A stretch of 64,000 nucleotides of DNA from a virus. The notes below the pieces were generated by a model. The model saw nothing but the letters and a program-made list of their open reading frames with translations. It ran no database searches and was not told the DNA's origin. The translations under genes and the position numbers were made by a program. Shown one piece after another: positions 20,101 to 27,873 of the stretch (position 1 is the stretch's first letter; every line of letters starts with the position of its first letter). The stretch lies in the IMG/VR virus record IMGVR_UViG_3300046355_000213, positions 32,001-96,000 of that record; one strand, written 5' to 3'.

Positions 20101-23100
20101 AATACGCTCCTCAACTGCAGCTTTATCTTTCTGTAATTCTACCATGGATTTGTACATAGTCTCTACGTACTCAATCATCATGGCTGCTACAACAGTGTTG
20201 TCCTTGAAAGATATGTTGTTAAACGTAGCCAGTTGCTCACCAGAGCGTCTCTTACCATCATGGCGGGACATATTGTCATCCATCCATTGTCTGATCTCCA
20301 GGTTGTCAATAAAGGCAATCTTGGTAGAGTTGGCACCGTTAGAACGCTTAGCCAGGTCTTTGTATAAAGCAGGGTGGCCATAGATCAACTTGTGTTGTTC
20401 TGCTACTGCTACTTCTTTGTTGATTACAAGGAAAGCAATCAGGTTGTTCAACTCATTTTCTGTGATAGCATTCTTATCCTGGATACCGTAACCGGCCAGT
20501 AACTCTGCGTTGATAGAGTTAGTGGCGTAGATCACTTCACCTGCTTCATTGTCACCTACATCAAAGAACATATCCATGTCTTCCAGTGCAGCCTTAGTAC
20601 GCTCAATCTCATTGTTGATGTACTCCATGATACGGCTAGATACTTCAGTAGACGAAATCAAACTGCTCTTGGTAGTTTTTCCTTCTACCACAGACTTGAT
20701 CCGTGCACTGAACTCAGGTCCCAGGATATCCCGGAAGTGAGCCAGCTTCTTCACCTCAGCACCGTAGTACTGGATGTTGCTTGGGTTCTTGTGCTCAGCA
20801 ATGGCCGCATCAAGCTCATCACTTAGTTGGTCTAAGTATATCGTGAGAACTTTACCACCGGATACGAATATGTTAGCATCATCAAAACTTACCAGGGACT
20901 CATTAAAGCCAAGACCAAACTCTGTACTCTTGTCTGAGTTAATGATGGTATAGTGTACGTTTCCTAACAAGTGGTTGATCTCCTGCATTACGCGGTCCGG
21001 GTAAGTCAACACATCAGTGTTCTTTCCTGTACCGGTTGCTTCTGTCACACCACTAATCAGGTGATAGTTCAAGTCAGCACCTTTACGCTTCTTGCCATTT
21101 CTGTCAAAGAAGAGCCCTCCTTTTTTCAGCAACATAGAGTTGGTCTGATACGGGTGTAATACGACTGTACCCTGGCTGTCTACGGTTCCAAACTGTGGAT
21201 TGCTCGTTACAAAGTCAGCTAAAGTCTTAGCCACCTTGAATGAGTTCAACAGGTAAGAAATAGTAGAAGGCTGTGTAATCGTATACTGGTTCTCTCCTTC
21301 TGCATTCTTATGTACCAGAACATTCTCCTCTGGCGTAGTAGCTACTTCAATGTTAAGTAATGTTTGGATTGGACCATTGACAATGCTTCTTCCAAAGAGC
21401 TGGTCAATCGTGTTGATAGACTCGTCTGTGATCTTACTGCGGATAGCACTGTAGGCATCCATGATCTCTGCCTCAAACGATTGTAAGGCTTTATTGCTGG
21501 CAGTAAACTTGATACCCATGATATCCAAAGCGTCCAGTACAGAAGCAAAGTCCGTAGCGCCCATAGCCTGAGCATACTCGCCAGAAGTTCTGTCTAGTAT
21601 AATGCTGCCATTGTCATTGATAGTAAGTAACGTCTCGCCGTTACGCTGGTTATAAGGAACCGCAGTATCTTTGATAGCATTGCTCCACTCAGCACGCTTG
21701 TTATTCTGAGACGCTGTGTCCAGGGAGGCATCATTATAGATAAGTCCGTCACCACCAAACACCATCTTGATAGGGTCATTCTGCATGTTGGTCAAGCTCT
21801 GCTCAAACGCAATACGTAGTCTGACATCATCCGGGGTCAGGTTAGCAACTTCAATCTTAGCACCTGTCTGTGGGTTCAGGTACTTCAAGCGTACCTTCAT
21901 ACGATAGATCCACTCAAAGCCTTCTTTGTACACGCCGTTCTTCTTCTGGAAGCGCTTGTCTAAGGTGTCAAACATCGCGTCAATACCAGGAACAAACTCA
22001 CCACCCTCAATGCGCGACATAGAGCCGTTCAGTTCATTAAGCAGGATAGCATAGATACGGTCATAGTTGCTTAGCTTAGGAAGACCCAAAGCGTTTTTCT
22101 TAAACTCATAACGCTTAGTCTTGTCATTGTACACGTCATCTGTCAAGCTGCCCATAAGTAACTTGAAGTTGGTTGCACCAAATCTGCGTGGGTCAATCTT
22201 TACAGCGTCTGTAATACCCAGGCCATCTGAGTTTAACTCATCCGGAATAGCCTCCAGGTCTTCAGAGATATCAGAAAATGATACACCAAAGCGGCCTATG
22301 CTTCCCTTGAACAACTCATAAAGCTCCATAGGTTGTTGCTTTATAGTTTCCATCTGTGTGTACAGACGGTTGCCAGGGATGAAGTAGTTATCTTTTAGCT
22401 CACGCTTCTCAGCTTCTGTAGCTTTACGGCTTACTTGTTTCTCATACTGCTTGACATAGTTTTGAAACACCGCGTCAAAGTGTGCTGTAATAGCCGTATC
22501 CATGTCTTGCAAAGCTGCATTGAACAGACGCACCAACTCTTTGTTGTTGTTGGCATCCGTCTTGATCAGGGCATCCATGTTCTTACCTTCTTTATAAAGG
22601 TTCATGAAGAAGTAAGACGTTAGTCCTTCTACTGCATAAGTAGTTACCTCTTGTGTGGTTCCAGGTATAGAACGGTAAACAGCTTGCAGGTTGTTCAGGT
22701 CACGCACCGGTACCGCATTGGCAAAACCACCCTGGTTGATTTTCACAAACAGGTTATTGACCACGTTGTCCATTTCAGCACGGTCTTCTTTGCTAAGGCC
22801 CAGGATCTTCTTGATGAAGTCCATCACTTTGGTAAAGAAGCTCTTTGCCTTTGGAGCACCTACCGGGAAATTACCTGTTAAGATATAAGTACGGAACTCC
22901 TCAGCCAGCATCTCACGTACATCGTACATGTTGGCATCCTTGTATTCTTTGGTCTCACCGGTGAACGGGTTGGTAAATGTACCTTTTCTGCTGCTAAATT
23001 CCTTAGCAAGGATAGCCTGCTCAGGAGCGGTCAGGTATGCGTTCCACACAGCCTCAAAAGCTTCGTGGAATGCGGTGCCTTCTTCTGCATTCTCATACAA

Positions 23101-26100
23101 GAAGATAGCTCCTCTCATAAACGCACCATAGGCCTTATTGTGAATTAACGTGCTTACTACATGTAAGGGTACGCCTGGTAAGACGCGGGTCAAAAATGCC
23201 TGCACCTTTGCCAGGTCTTCACGTTTCACATCCGGGTTACCTAAGGATAGTCTATAGAACTCATCCTGGAATGGTACTTCACCATCTTCCAGGTTGGCTA
23301 TGTCATTGCCCAGTAACACACTCATAGCCGTAGGGTCCAGTCCTTTTGTAGCAGGGCCAGCCGCTGGTGCCGGAGGTGTTGCAGCCGTTGAGCTGCCTGC
23401 AGTGGTTACCTGGTCTGCAGGTACTACTACCGCCGCTGGTTTTGCACCACCCATTCTAAGGGAACTCTTGCCTGTTGCAGGTGTATCTTCTTTCTTAGTA
23501 GGGCTCTTTGTACCTGCTACCGTAGTTGGCGCAGGAGTAGCCGTTGTAGCAGCAGGTTGAACTGCTGTGGTAGGCATAGTCTTGTTCCACTTTAGTCCGC
23601 CTGTTGCTGCAGGAGGTGTTGACACTAATGTATCTTTTTCACCAGGTGCCGGGATCTTAGAACTTACCGGCTCATCAGAGGTGTTGAATACTAAGTATCT
23701 ACCTTCTATCTGATAATCAGCACTGTTTACATTAGGGTTGTAAGGTTGGGAGTTGGTATACAGAATAGGTCTTCTGCCACCAGTGTTGTCCATCAGAAAA
23801 GCGTTGTAGCTTGGGAAGGTCTCCCGCTCTGCTACACCACCGTTCATCTTCACTGCCTGGAATGCTCCTTTCTTGTTCAGTAAACTATTGTTCACCGAGT
23901 AGTACAGGTTTTCCAGGATTGCCTCAAAGTTTCCATCTATAGAAACTTCTGTAAATGCCCAGGACTGTGTGCCACGGAATAACTTACCCTTGTTGACATA
24001 GAACTGGTTAGGTCCTGCTGCCTTACCTTTATCAGGAGAAGACCAGAATACAGTACCGCTTAGGTAGTTTAAAATATCTTTCTTTTGACGGGCCTGATCA
24101 GCAGTTAAGTTTTTCTTACCCATCAGTTTTGTCAGTGCCTTTAGTGCATCCTTTAAGTTCACAAGCTCTTCTTCTGAGAACTTGCGGCTCTTAATTCTAA
24201 ACACGTTACCTGTCTTTTTACCACGGGCAACCATACGGCCTTTGTCTACACCACCCATGTTAAGGGCTTTGTCTACTGTGCCAATAGCCAGTTCAATAAC
24301 TTCACCATTAGGATGCTCTAGGTTAAGGAAATCATCTGAGTCAGATTTGATCACACTGCCTTGTAAAGCAATCTCCTGAGGCATACCTGTATTGATATCC
24401 TTTGGGGCCAGTCTTACTGTACCTTTGCTTCTTCCTACTACAGGGAAAGCAACTACTTCACCTGCAATATTACTAGCCTTGATGGCGTCGCGCTCTGTCT
24501 TGAAGTTTTCAATGGCACCAAGTATCTGGTCATCTGTTAAATCTTTAGTGGCAAAGTTTTTCTTAACCAGTTCAACGGCTTTAGCCTTGTCTTCACCAAA
24601 GAGTACCTCACTGCCATTCATGGAAGTGTAGACAATAGTGTCCTTGGTAGGATTCTGTAACTCGTTACCCTCCTGGTCCACATACACAAAGCTGTCTCCT
24701 ACTTTCTTTACGACTACCAGCTTGATATCATCCTGGTACTTGTCTTCGCGTCTGATGCCAAAAGTATCATTGGCCGCTGTAACAGGAATTAAAAAGTAAG
24801 TGTCTGGCTCAAACATCATGCGCTCCGTAAAGCGGAAGAAGCGGTTAGAACCGTTCTCTGTATTTAATGTGCCATCCCAGTTAAAGTGCTGGCCGGTTGT
24901 CTTAAAGAAAAATGTAGAGCCAAACACAGGCTTTGAACTTCTCACCTGTCCTTCTTCATCTACCTCGTCCTCTTCAATGCCGTCATTGTCCGTATCTACT
25001 ACCGGTGTATTATCCGGCTTATTAGTAGGGTCTAAATCTTCCGGTCTGGGCAAGTCATCTGTTACTTCAACACTAGTGTCTTCTGCAGTAGTAGCAGTTT
25101 GCTCTGCACGCTTCTTAGCAAAGGCCCGGAATGCTTTGTAGTTTCTGTCTAAGTAGTTGGCAAAGAAGTCAGGGTCTGCTAATAAGTTGATGTGCTCCAG
25201 TACTGATCCCTGGTCTTCCTGTAATTGGAAGTAGTCTGTCAGGTTACCAAAAGCATCATTGGCTACAGCAGTCTGTACCGGACGTTGTCCGTTTTTCTCC
25301 AGCTCCGCGTTTACATATTCTGTAAAGAATTGACTGCCCTGCTTTTTGAATTGCTCCAAAGCTGCAGCTGTTTGCTCCGCACTCTGATCTGCTGACAAGC
25401 CCTTGTTGCCTTTAATAGCATCTACCTTGTCTAAGTATTTGGTCAGGGCTTTTTGATAGCGCTCCAATTTCTTGAGCTTGGCTTTCTTCTCAGCACCTAA
25501 CTTAGGATCTGTGTTGACTTCAATTTCCTGCTGCAACATGTTCACCTCTTTTTCCAGTTCTAACTGAGAGGTTAAAGTAAACACGGTGGAGAAAGGCAGG
25601 TTCTCAAAACCTTGCTTAGTCTTGATGCCATCCAGTACCTGTTGTTGTCTGGTAATTGTAGCTTGGTAAGTATCCTGCATAAAAGTCATCTGGTTCACAG
25701 CTTCTTTAAATGCCATGTACCGGTATGCCTCATCAATAAACTCAGGGGTACCAATTTTGTGTTGTCCCGGATTGAACGGGTTGACAAACTCTGTCTGCAG
25801 TTTGTTGTGGATCTTAGCCACTTGTTCTGCACGAGTCTGGAACTTAGTCACCTGCTGCACCATGCTCTCATGGTTCTCTTTAGAGAACTCCACACCAAAA
25901 GCCTGGGTAAATTCCTCAGGGCTCAGGTTCTTCACATAGTCTTGCATTCTACCTGTAAGTACATCCAGTGTACCGGTAGTGATACCTGTCATGATAAAGT
26001 GACGCATAGCATCATCCTGGATATCATGAAAAGTCTTCTTGTCTTTATCAACTGCCGCGTCCTTCATTAGGGAAGCAAAGTTGGCCTGCATGGTTACTCC

Positions 26101-27822
26101 TTCCTTTGGATTGAAAGAGTAAGCCAGTGGGTTCTCATAAATGGCATTAAGGTTATTCTTTAACGCGCCCAGACGAGTCACCTCATCAGCTCTGCGCTTG
26201 TCGTAACCTTCTCTGTCTTTTACGTACTCTACAATGTTACCTGCATTTTCAAATAACTTAGAGCCAGCTCCCAGGATAGAACCTGTTAAGAAACCGGAGA
26301 TAAATGTCTTGGCACCTTGTACAGAAAACTGTTCAGCTGCTGCCATACGCATAGAATCAAAAGCAGCATCTACTTCATGGGATTTCTCCTTAGTAAGATA
26401 CCAGTTCTGCACCGCCGCGTTAGACATGTCCTGTGCATTCTCCTGTAAAGCTTCTGCCAGGTTAGCCTGTACATATTTTACAGGGTTCTTTAATAGTGTA
26501 CGCTTGAACGCCAACCAGCGGTTGTCAGCTGCTTCAATAAAGCGCTTGCCCATCTTGGCAGCATCTTTATTACCCAGCATGATAAGGCCTTTAGCCACAT
26601 CATCATCAAGCATGTAGCGTAGTGACCCAAAGCCTTTCAAGATATTACCAAAGGCAATCTTGTTACTAAGCAGGATCATGTAGGTATTGATAGCACCATT
26701 GGCCTGTGCCGCTTGTAAAGCTTCATCAGACATAGCCTGCTTCTCCAGTTCATCCGGCTCACGGCCCTTCTCTGTTAGAAACTGTGCTGCTCTCTTCTCT
26801 TGTAGTTCAGTGAATGTACCTGCTGCTTCTGCCTTAGCTTCTGCAATGGCCATGTTCAGTTCACGTATATCACGGTAGAAAGAACCAAAGCCACGGGCTG
26901 TAGTTCTTGCCAGGGCTTTAGAGCCTCCAAAAGCAATGTCATCTACGCGGCTTAGTTTTTTAAAGTCATCAACAAAGTCAATAGTATTGCCTAAAGGCAT
27001 TAAGTTTTTCCCTACAAATTCTGCAGAGCGTGATACGCCACTCCAGATCTTTCTTAACGTACTGGCTTTTTGTGTAGCATTGACTAAGTCTTCTGTACGT
27101 CTGGCAACCTTACCAATATTAGCAGCAAGCTTTGCAGTACGCACTGCCTGGATCTCACTGGCACCACCAAATGTAAGTGCGGTTAAAGCAGACAAAGCTG
27201 CCTCTTCAGCAGCAATCTCAGCAATGGCACCAATGGCATAGCCAGACTGCTGTACAGTGGTAGCAATGGTGTTGAAGTTAAATACGGAATTACGGTCAGC
27301 CTCTGTCTCAAAGATGGGATTGTTGTTGAACATGGCTTGTTGCTTCATGTTGATCTCCTCCATCTCAGCCTGCTCAAAGGCAGCCTTTAATGAGAAGTTA
27401 CCACCAGCCATGTCACCCATTACTTCAAATGTGTCACCCCAACTGCCTGCCTGTTCTTTTACTTGTTCCCAAGCCAGAGAGCCCATGCCTGAAAAAGCAT
27501 TGGACAACTTGTTCATATTGGTCTGACGCTGTCCATACAATTCTTCATTGTTACGGAACGGGTCAAAGCCCAGTTCAGCAAAGTAATCTGAGTTTTGGTA
27601 CCTGTCTCTGCTGGATGCAACCGGATCATAAGCAATTGGCTGCAACATCTTATCCATAGACGGCTGGCTCATCTGTGCATCAAACGCACTGAATGCCTTG
27701 TCTACATAACTACCACCAGGGTTATAGTTAGCAAAAGGGTTGTTTACGGGAGTTAGTACTGGATCTGGCTGAATGACTTGTCTTTCAACGGAGTCATTTA
27801 ACAGCAACTCATTTTCTTCCAT
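14140..27822 (-). CDS. giant virion-associated crAss-like DNA-dependent RNA polymerase fused to a C-terminal SF1 (Dda/RecD-like) helicase
   Basis: 4560 aa. FRIPTQ and GSDFDIDKL (DFDID at 18580-18594), as in phi14:2 gp66-type RNAPs; zincin-like FHEAFE...EMLAEEF; C-terminal GRGGTGKT, DEASM, GDNAQIPP, RMRQ, HKVQGSTY, YTAVSR. Confidence 0.9.
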   Translation of the reverse strand: MEENELLLNDSVERQVIQPDPVLTPVNNPFANYNPGGSYVDKAFSAFDAQMSQPSMDKMLQPIAYDPVASSRDRYQNSDYFAELGFDPFRNNEELYGQRQTNMNKLSNAFSGMGSLAWEQVKEQAGSWGDTFEVMGDMAGGNFSLKAAFEQAEMEEINMKQQAMFNNNPIFETEADRNSVFNFNTIATTVQQSGYAIGAIAEIAAEEAALSALTALTFGGASEIQAVRTAKLAANIGKVARRTEDLVNATQKASTLRKIWSGVSRSAEFVGKNLMPLGNTIDFVDDFKKLSRVDDIAFGGSKALARTTARGFGSFYRDIRELNMAIAEAKAEAAGTFTELQEKRAAQFLTEKGREPDELEKQAMSDEALQAAQANGAINTYMILLSNKIAFGNILKGFGSLRYMLDDDVAKGLIMLGNKDAAKMGKRFIEAADNRWLAFKRTLLKNPVKYVQANLAEALQENAQDMSNAAVQNWYLTKEKSHEVDAAFDSMRMAAAEQFSVQGAKTFISGFLTGSILGAGSKLFENAGNIVEYVKDREGYDKRRADEVTRLGALKNNLNAIYENPLAYSFNPKEGVTMQANFASLMKDAAVDKDKKTFHDIQDDAMRHFIMTGITTGTLDVLTGRMQDYVKNLSPEEFTQAFGVEFSKENHESMVQQVTKFQTRAEQVAKIHNKLQTEFVNPFNPGQHKIGTPEFIDEAYRYMAFKEAVNQMTFMQDTYQATITRQQQVLDGIKTKQGFENLPFSTVFTLTSQLELEKEVNMLQQEIEVNTDPKLGAEKKAKLKKLERYQKALTKYLDKVDAIKGNKGLSADQSAEQTAAALEQFKKQGSQFFTEYVNAELEKNGQRPVQTAVANDAFGNLTDYFQLQEDQGSVLEHINLLADPDFFANYLDRNYKAFRAFAKKRAEQTATTAEDTSVEVTDDLPRPEDLDPTNKPDNTPVVDTDNDGIEEDEVDEEGQVRSSKPVFGSTFFFKTTGQHFNWDGTLNTENGSNRFFRFTERMMFEPDTYFLIPVTAANDTFGIRREDKYQDDIKLVVVKKVGDSFVYVDQEGNELQNPTKDTIVYTSMNGSEVLFGEDKAKAVELVKKNFATKDLTDDQILGAIENFKTERDAIKASNIAGEVVAFPVVGRSKGTVRLAPKDINTGMPQEIALQGSVIKSDSDDFLNLEHPNGEVIELAIGTVDKALNMGGVDKGRMVARGKKTGNVFRIKSRKFSEEELVNLKDALKALTKLMGKKNLTADQARQKKDILNYLSGTVFWSSPDKGKAAGPNQFYVNKGKLFRGTQSWAFTEVSIDGNFEAILENLYYSVNNSLLNKKGAFQAVKMNGGVAERETFPSYNAFLMDNTGGRRPILYTNSQPYNPNVNSADYQIEGRYLVFNTSDEPVSSKIPAPGEKDTLVSTPPAATGGLKWNKTMPTTAVQPAATTATPAPTTVAGTKSPTKKEDTPATGKSSLRMGGAKPAAVVVPADQVTTAGSSTAATPPAPAAGPATKGLDPTAMSVLLGNDIANLEDGEVPFQDEFYRLSLGNPDVKREDLAKVQAFLTRVLPGVPLHVVSTLIHNKAYGAFMRGAIFLYENAEEGTAFHEAFEAVWNAYLTAPEQAILAKEFSSRKGTFTNPFTGETKEYKDANMYDVREMLAEEFRTYILTGNFPVGAPKAKSFFTKVMDFIKKILGLSKEDRAEMDNVVNNLFVKINQGGFANAVPVRDLNNLQAVYRSIPGTTQEVTTYAVEGLTSYFFMNLYKEGKNMDALIKTDANNNKELVRLFNAALQDMDTAITAHFDAVFQNYVKQYEKQVSRKATEAEKRELKDNYFIPGNRLYTQMETIKQQPMELYELFKGSIGRFGVSFSDISEDLEAIPDELNSDGLGITDAVKIDPRRFGATNFKLLMGSLTDDVYNDKTKRYEFKKNALGLPKLSNYDRIYAILLNELNGSMSRIEGGEFVPGIDAMFDTLDKRFQKKNGVYKEGFEWIYRMKVRLKYLNPQTGAKIEVANLTPDDVRLRIAFEQSLTNMQNDPIKMVFGGDGLIYNDASLDTASQNNKRAEWSNAIKDTAVPYNQRNGETLLTINDNGSIILDRTSGEYAQAMGATDFASVLDALDIMGIKFTASNKALQSFEAEIMDAYSAIRSKITDESINTIDQLFGRSIVNGPIQTLLNIEVATTPEENVLVHKNAEGENQYTITQPSTISYLLNSFKVAKTLADFVTSNPQFGTVDSQGTVVLHPYQTNSMLLKKGGLFFDRNGKKRKGADLNYHLISGVTEATGTGKNTDVLTYPDRVMQEINHLLGNVHYTIINSDKSTEFGLGFNESLVSFDDANIFVSGGKVLTIYLDQLSDELDAAIAEHKNPSNIQYYGAEVKKLAHFRDILGPEFSARIKSVVEGKTTKSSLISSTEVSSRIMEYINNEIERTKAALEDMDMFFDVGDNEAGEVIYATNSINAELLAGYGIQDKNAITENELNNLIAFLVINKEVAVAEQHKLIYGHPALYKDLAKRSNGANSTKIAFIDNLEIRQWMDDNMSRHDGKRRSGEQLATFNNISFKDNTVVAAMMIEYVETMYKSMVELQKDKAAVEERIGAEFTADGKFVKLKVDSKGKNYGDAAKYLDINEADAQAWIMPDMFRDLLYLSSRMTHEQQAQWDYEIAYEMIARSSKPEDHVAYRSYSEAQLDAARATLAKGNPGTVLQVLKPQYFGYNPQSPLMHTVFLKNSTQPKFYRQVENTAFENLYLSALDRQIDIIGFESGQKVGNMLNQKGEFAAIYNSEGKVNIVEEEGAVNLPDIPVQNLLSRYLGIQQEMPNAFKSAVVRGTQPTKLIMSNFKFRGKYTSPEAEKLVTEYNNILAQMVMLGKEKLLKELGVTRNAAGKYSVKDVSKMVSLLRKEAKSRDLPDNIIDAIDTIENEYGKTDFRYPLDALPNRKKIDNILNSIVDSRVISEKMNGKPAVQVASTLFESKSRSFVYLKDGVWTSTKGMKLEDLSVEEQASVRMVSNDLKFYRMENGKIANMEVYLPNFLEGVNLPGAVNGVINVKDIDPRILKALGFRIPTQGMNSIESITIKGFLPREMGDMVVVPSEITGKAGSDFDIDKLQMYLANFYVAKNGKASYYEWKGTQEATREHYEKLYNKGEFITPEEQALLDTFLAEQLYYNATESISILEGKKIREVFSKFFDSESLTKDFLEEMKDVQSRKKAFLDAAVKKSIQNRYREIMQDLVTLPENMRQLITPNSTDTLKNMADEINRLKGVEDLTASSKYAIYRSLIDSADIRHRFLSGKKLVGIAALQITSQVMTQLGETKLTGKYDAGKLYYLVNNVVKNLGDNPRMRDVKINLSHNLDEENQLFLDSLTTQDGMMISDLINEALSGFVDAAKDPFVFSLNITIDTAGTWFYLQKLGVPITELAYMFNQPVLDRLFKERAKNKSLFKKLSGDKINDFLIALKMITPYYKALYPNEQTSLYKRYVQATEDGNFKELKLVKKMFKEVVDVNRKQVGTMTEAGLRDSIQRMNAKDYVMTAADAQMQIAVLADFLEYQEQSSNMTEFISGIGYDNVKTKSITENVMQIGRWRKVSSKGFIANPEGIMDNTFMGELKKQKEDIFELFTPFFVSLDQRTRKAFQPALDLLDSGAFLTRDMQEELIMKYNDFLINYIMQTTPFMDESGNQTNIAAHAERLLMGNNSMARRLKVIKESTDKNIQNNMFLKELMQVIASEEGKPDVIKMLRRVTDSYRTNLTLDSAKDLYQYAINSGNTELEGFLKDLAYLTMIQGGNQETAFNFVRVLPVEIFSNTSKLILDAFKNSPEMELNTASIWKQFHQNNVMDDSIVPNAKFYKNMGGFLSVSVDMDTAKRPYVKVVKLNKAYSKDQIEELRRNRQYDKMYVHTLYERYKEDGKGNMIFRPVNKKGSNKMYTEVNNVGFTSMLADNNTTREEMYPDNAALVAKPEVIMPESETNEVANEQPAAENTEAPNTLEIGAFTILKGSDGTYDIQGPDGVIADYVPTLQEAIDIANKADALVQQDEQAGNLFNEENLVPWDGDPFAESNSLSVVPTEASVEQPKGDKLDKKYELFEGVYANEGQRDAIDKIEGFLKGDAQQFLLKGRGGTGKTTIIQKAIATSGVSKNSIVGTTVSYEAKNVLQESMKGYKTATIASMLGLIPDYDKFGAMYFRERNADEEADFRAAGKADPIETARLIIVDEASMIGDFIYGRLLERKLPGAKIIFMGDNAQIPPIDVADNTDSPVWNLMQGTNYAELTERMRQASESPIIPVTDVFAVNIERIQKDQPGVVKNPLVERADKMENGEGVQFMNDVKAVVTEYVADYNNPAFTKGSVIVGARNEVVDNFNRQVRTALFEDAMEQPYLPGDFVRVNTPHYVGKELAFENGFKGKVSAVRETSNDVSAKYGFPIYEITVNTPVVDINGEANVRKSTMLTINPTEKAKWKTILAQEAAAAKKYTRGTSESKAAWRKFYDLKGSIVDIGYGYAITSHKVQGSTYDSTYVLENDIMSFPGGTEQQNRMMYTAVSRPRKKLVIFNAAVASTGATEVLRNAEGVRKFVRSAQIDQVKEDKDKGCN

Positions 27823-27873
27823 AAAGAAACGGACTTATAAAGTGTGGGGAGGGAATATCGTACTTGGGAACTA

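Noticed and set aside
2269-27822. Introns, inteins or homing endonucleases in polA or the RNAP gene
   Set aside because: The frames are uninterrupted and I saw no intein splice-junction, LAGLIDADG or HNH motifs; a divergent intein cannot be fully excluded by eye.
14122-27873. CCCCACA in the - strand leaders of both giant genes
   Set aside because: Only two short copies at different spacing; not enough to call a motif.
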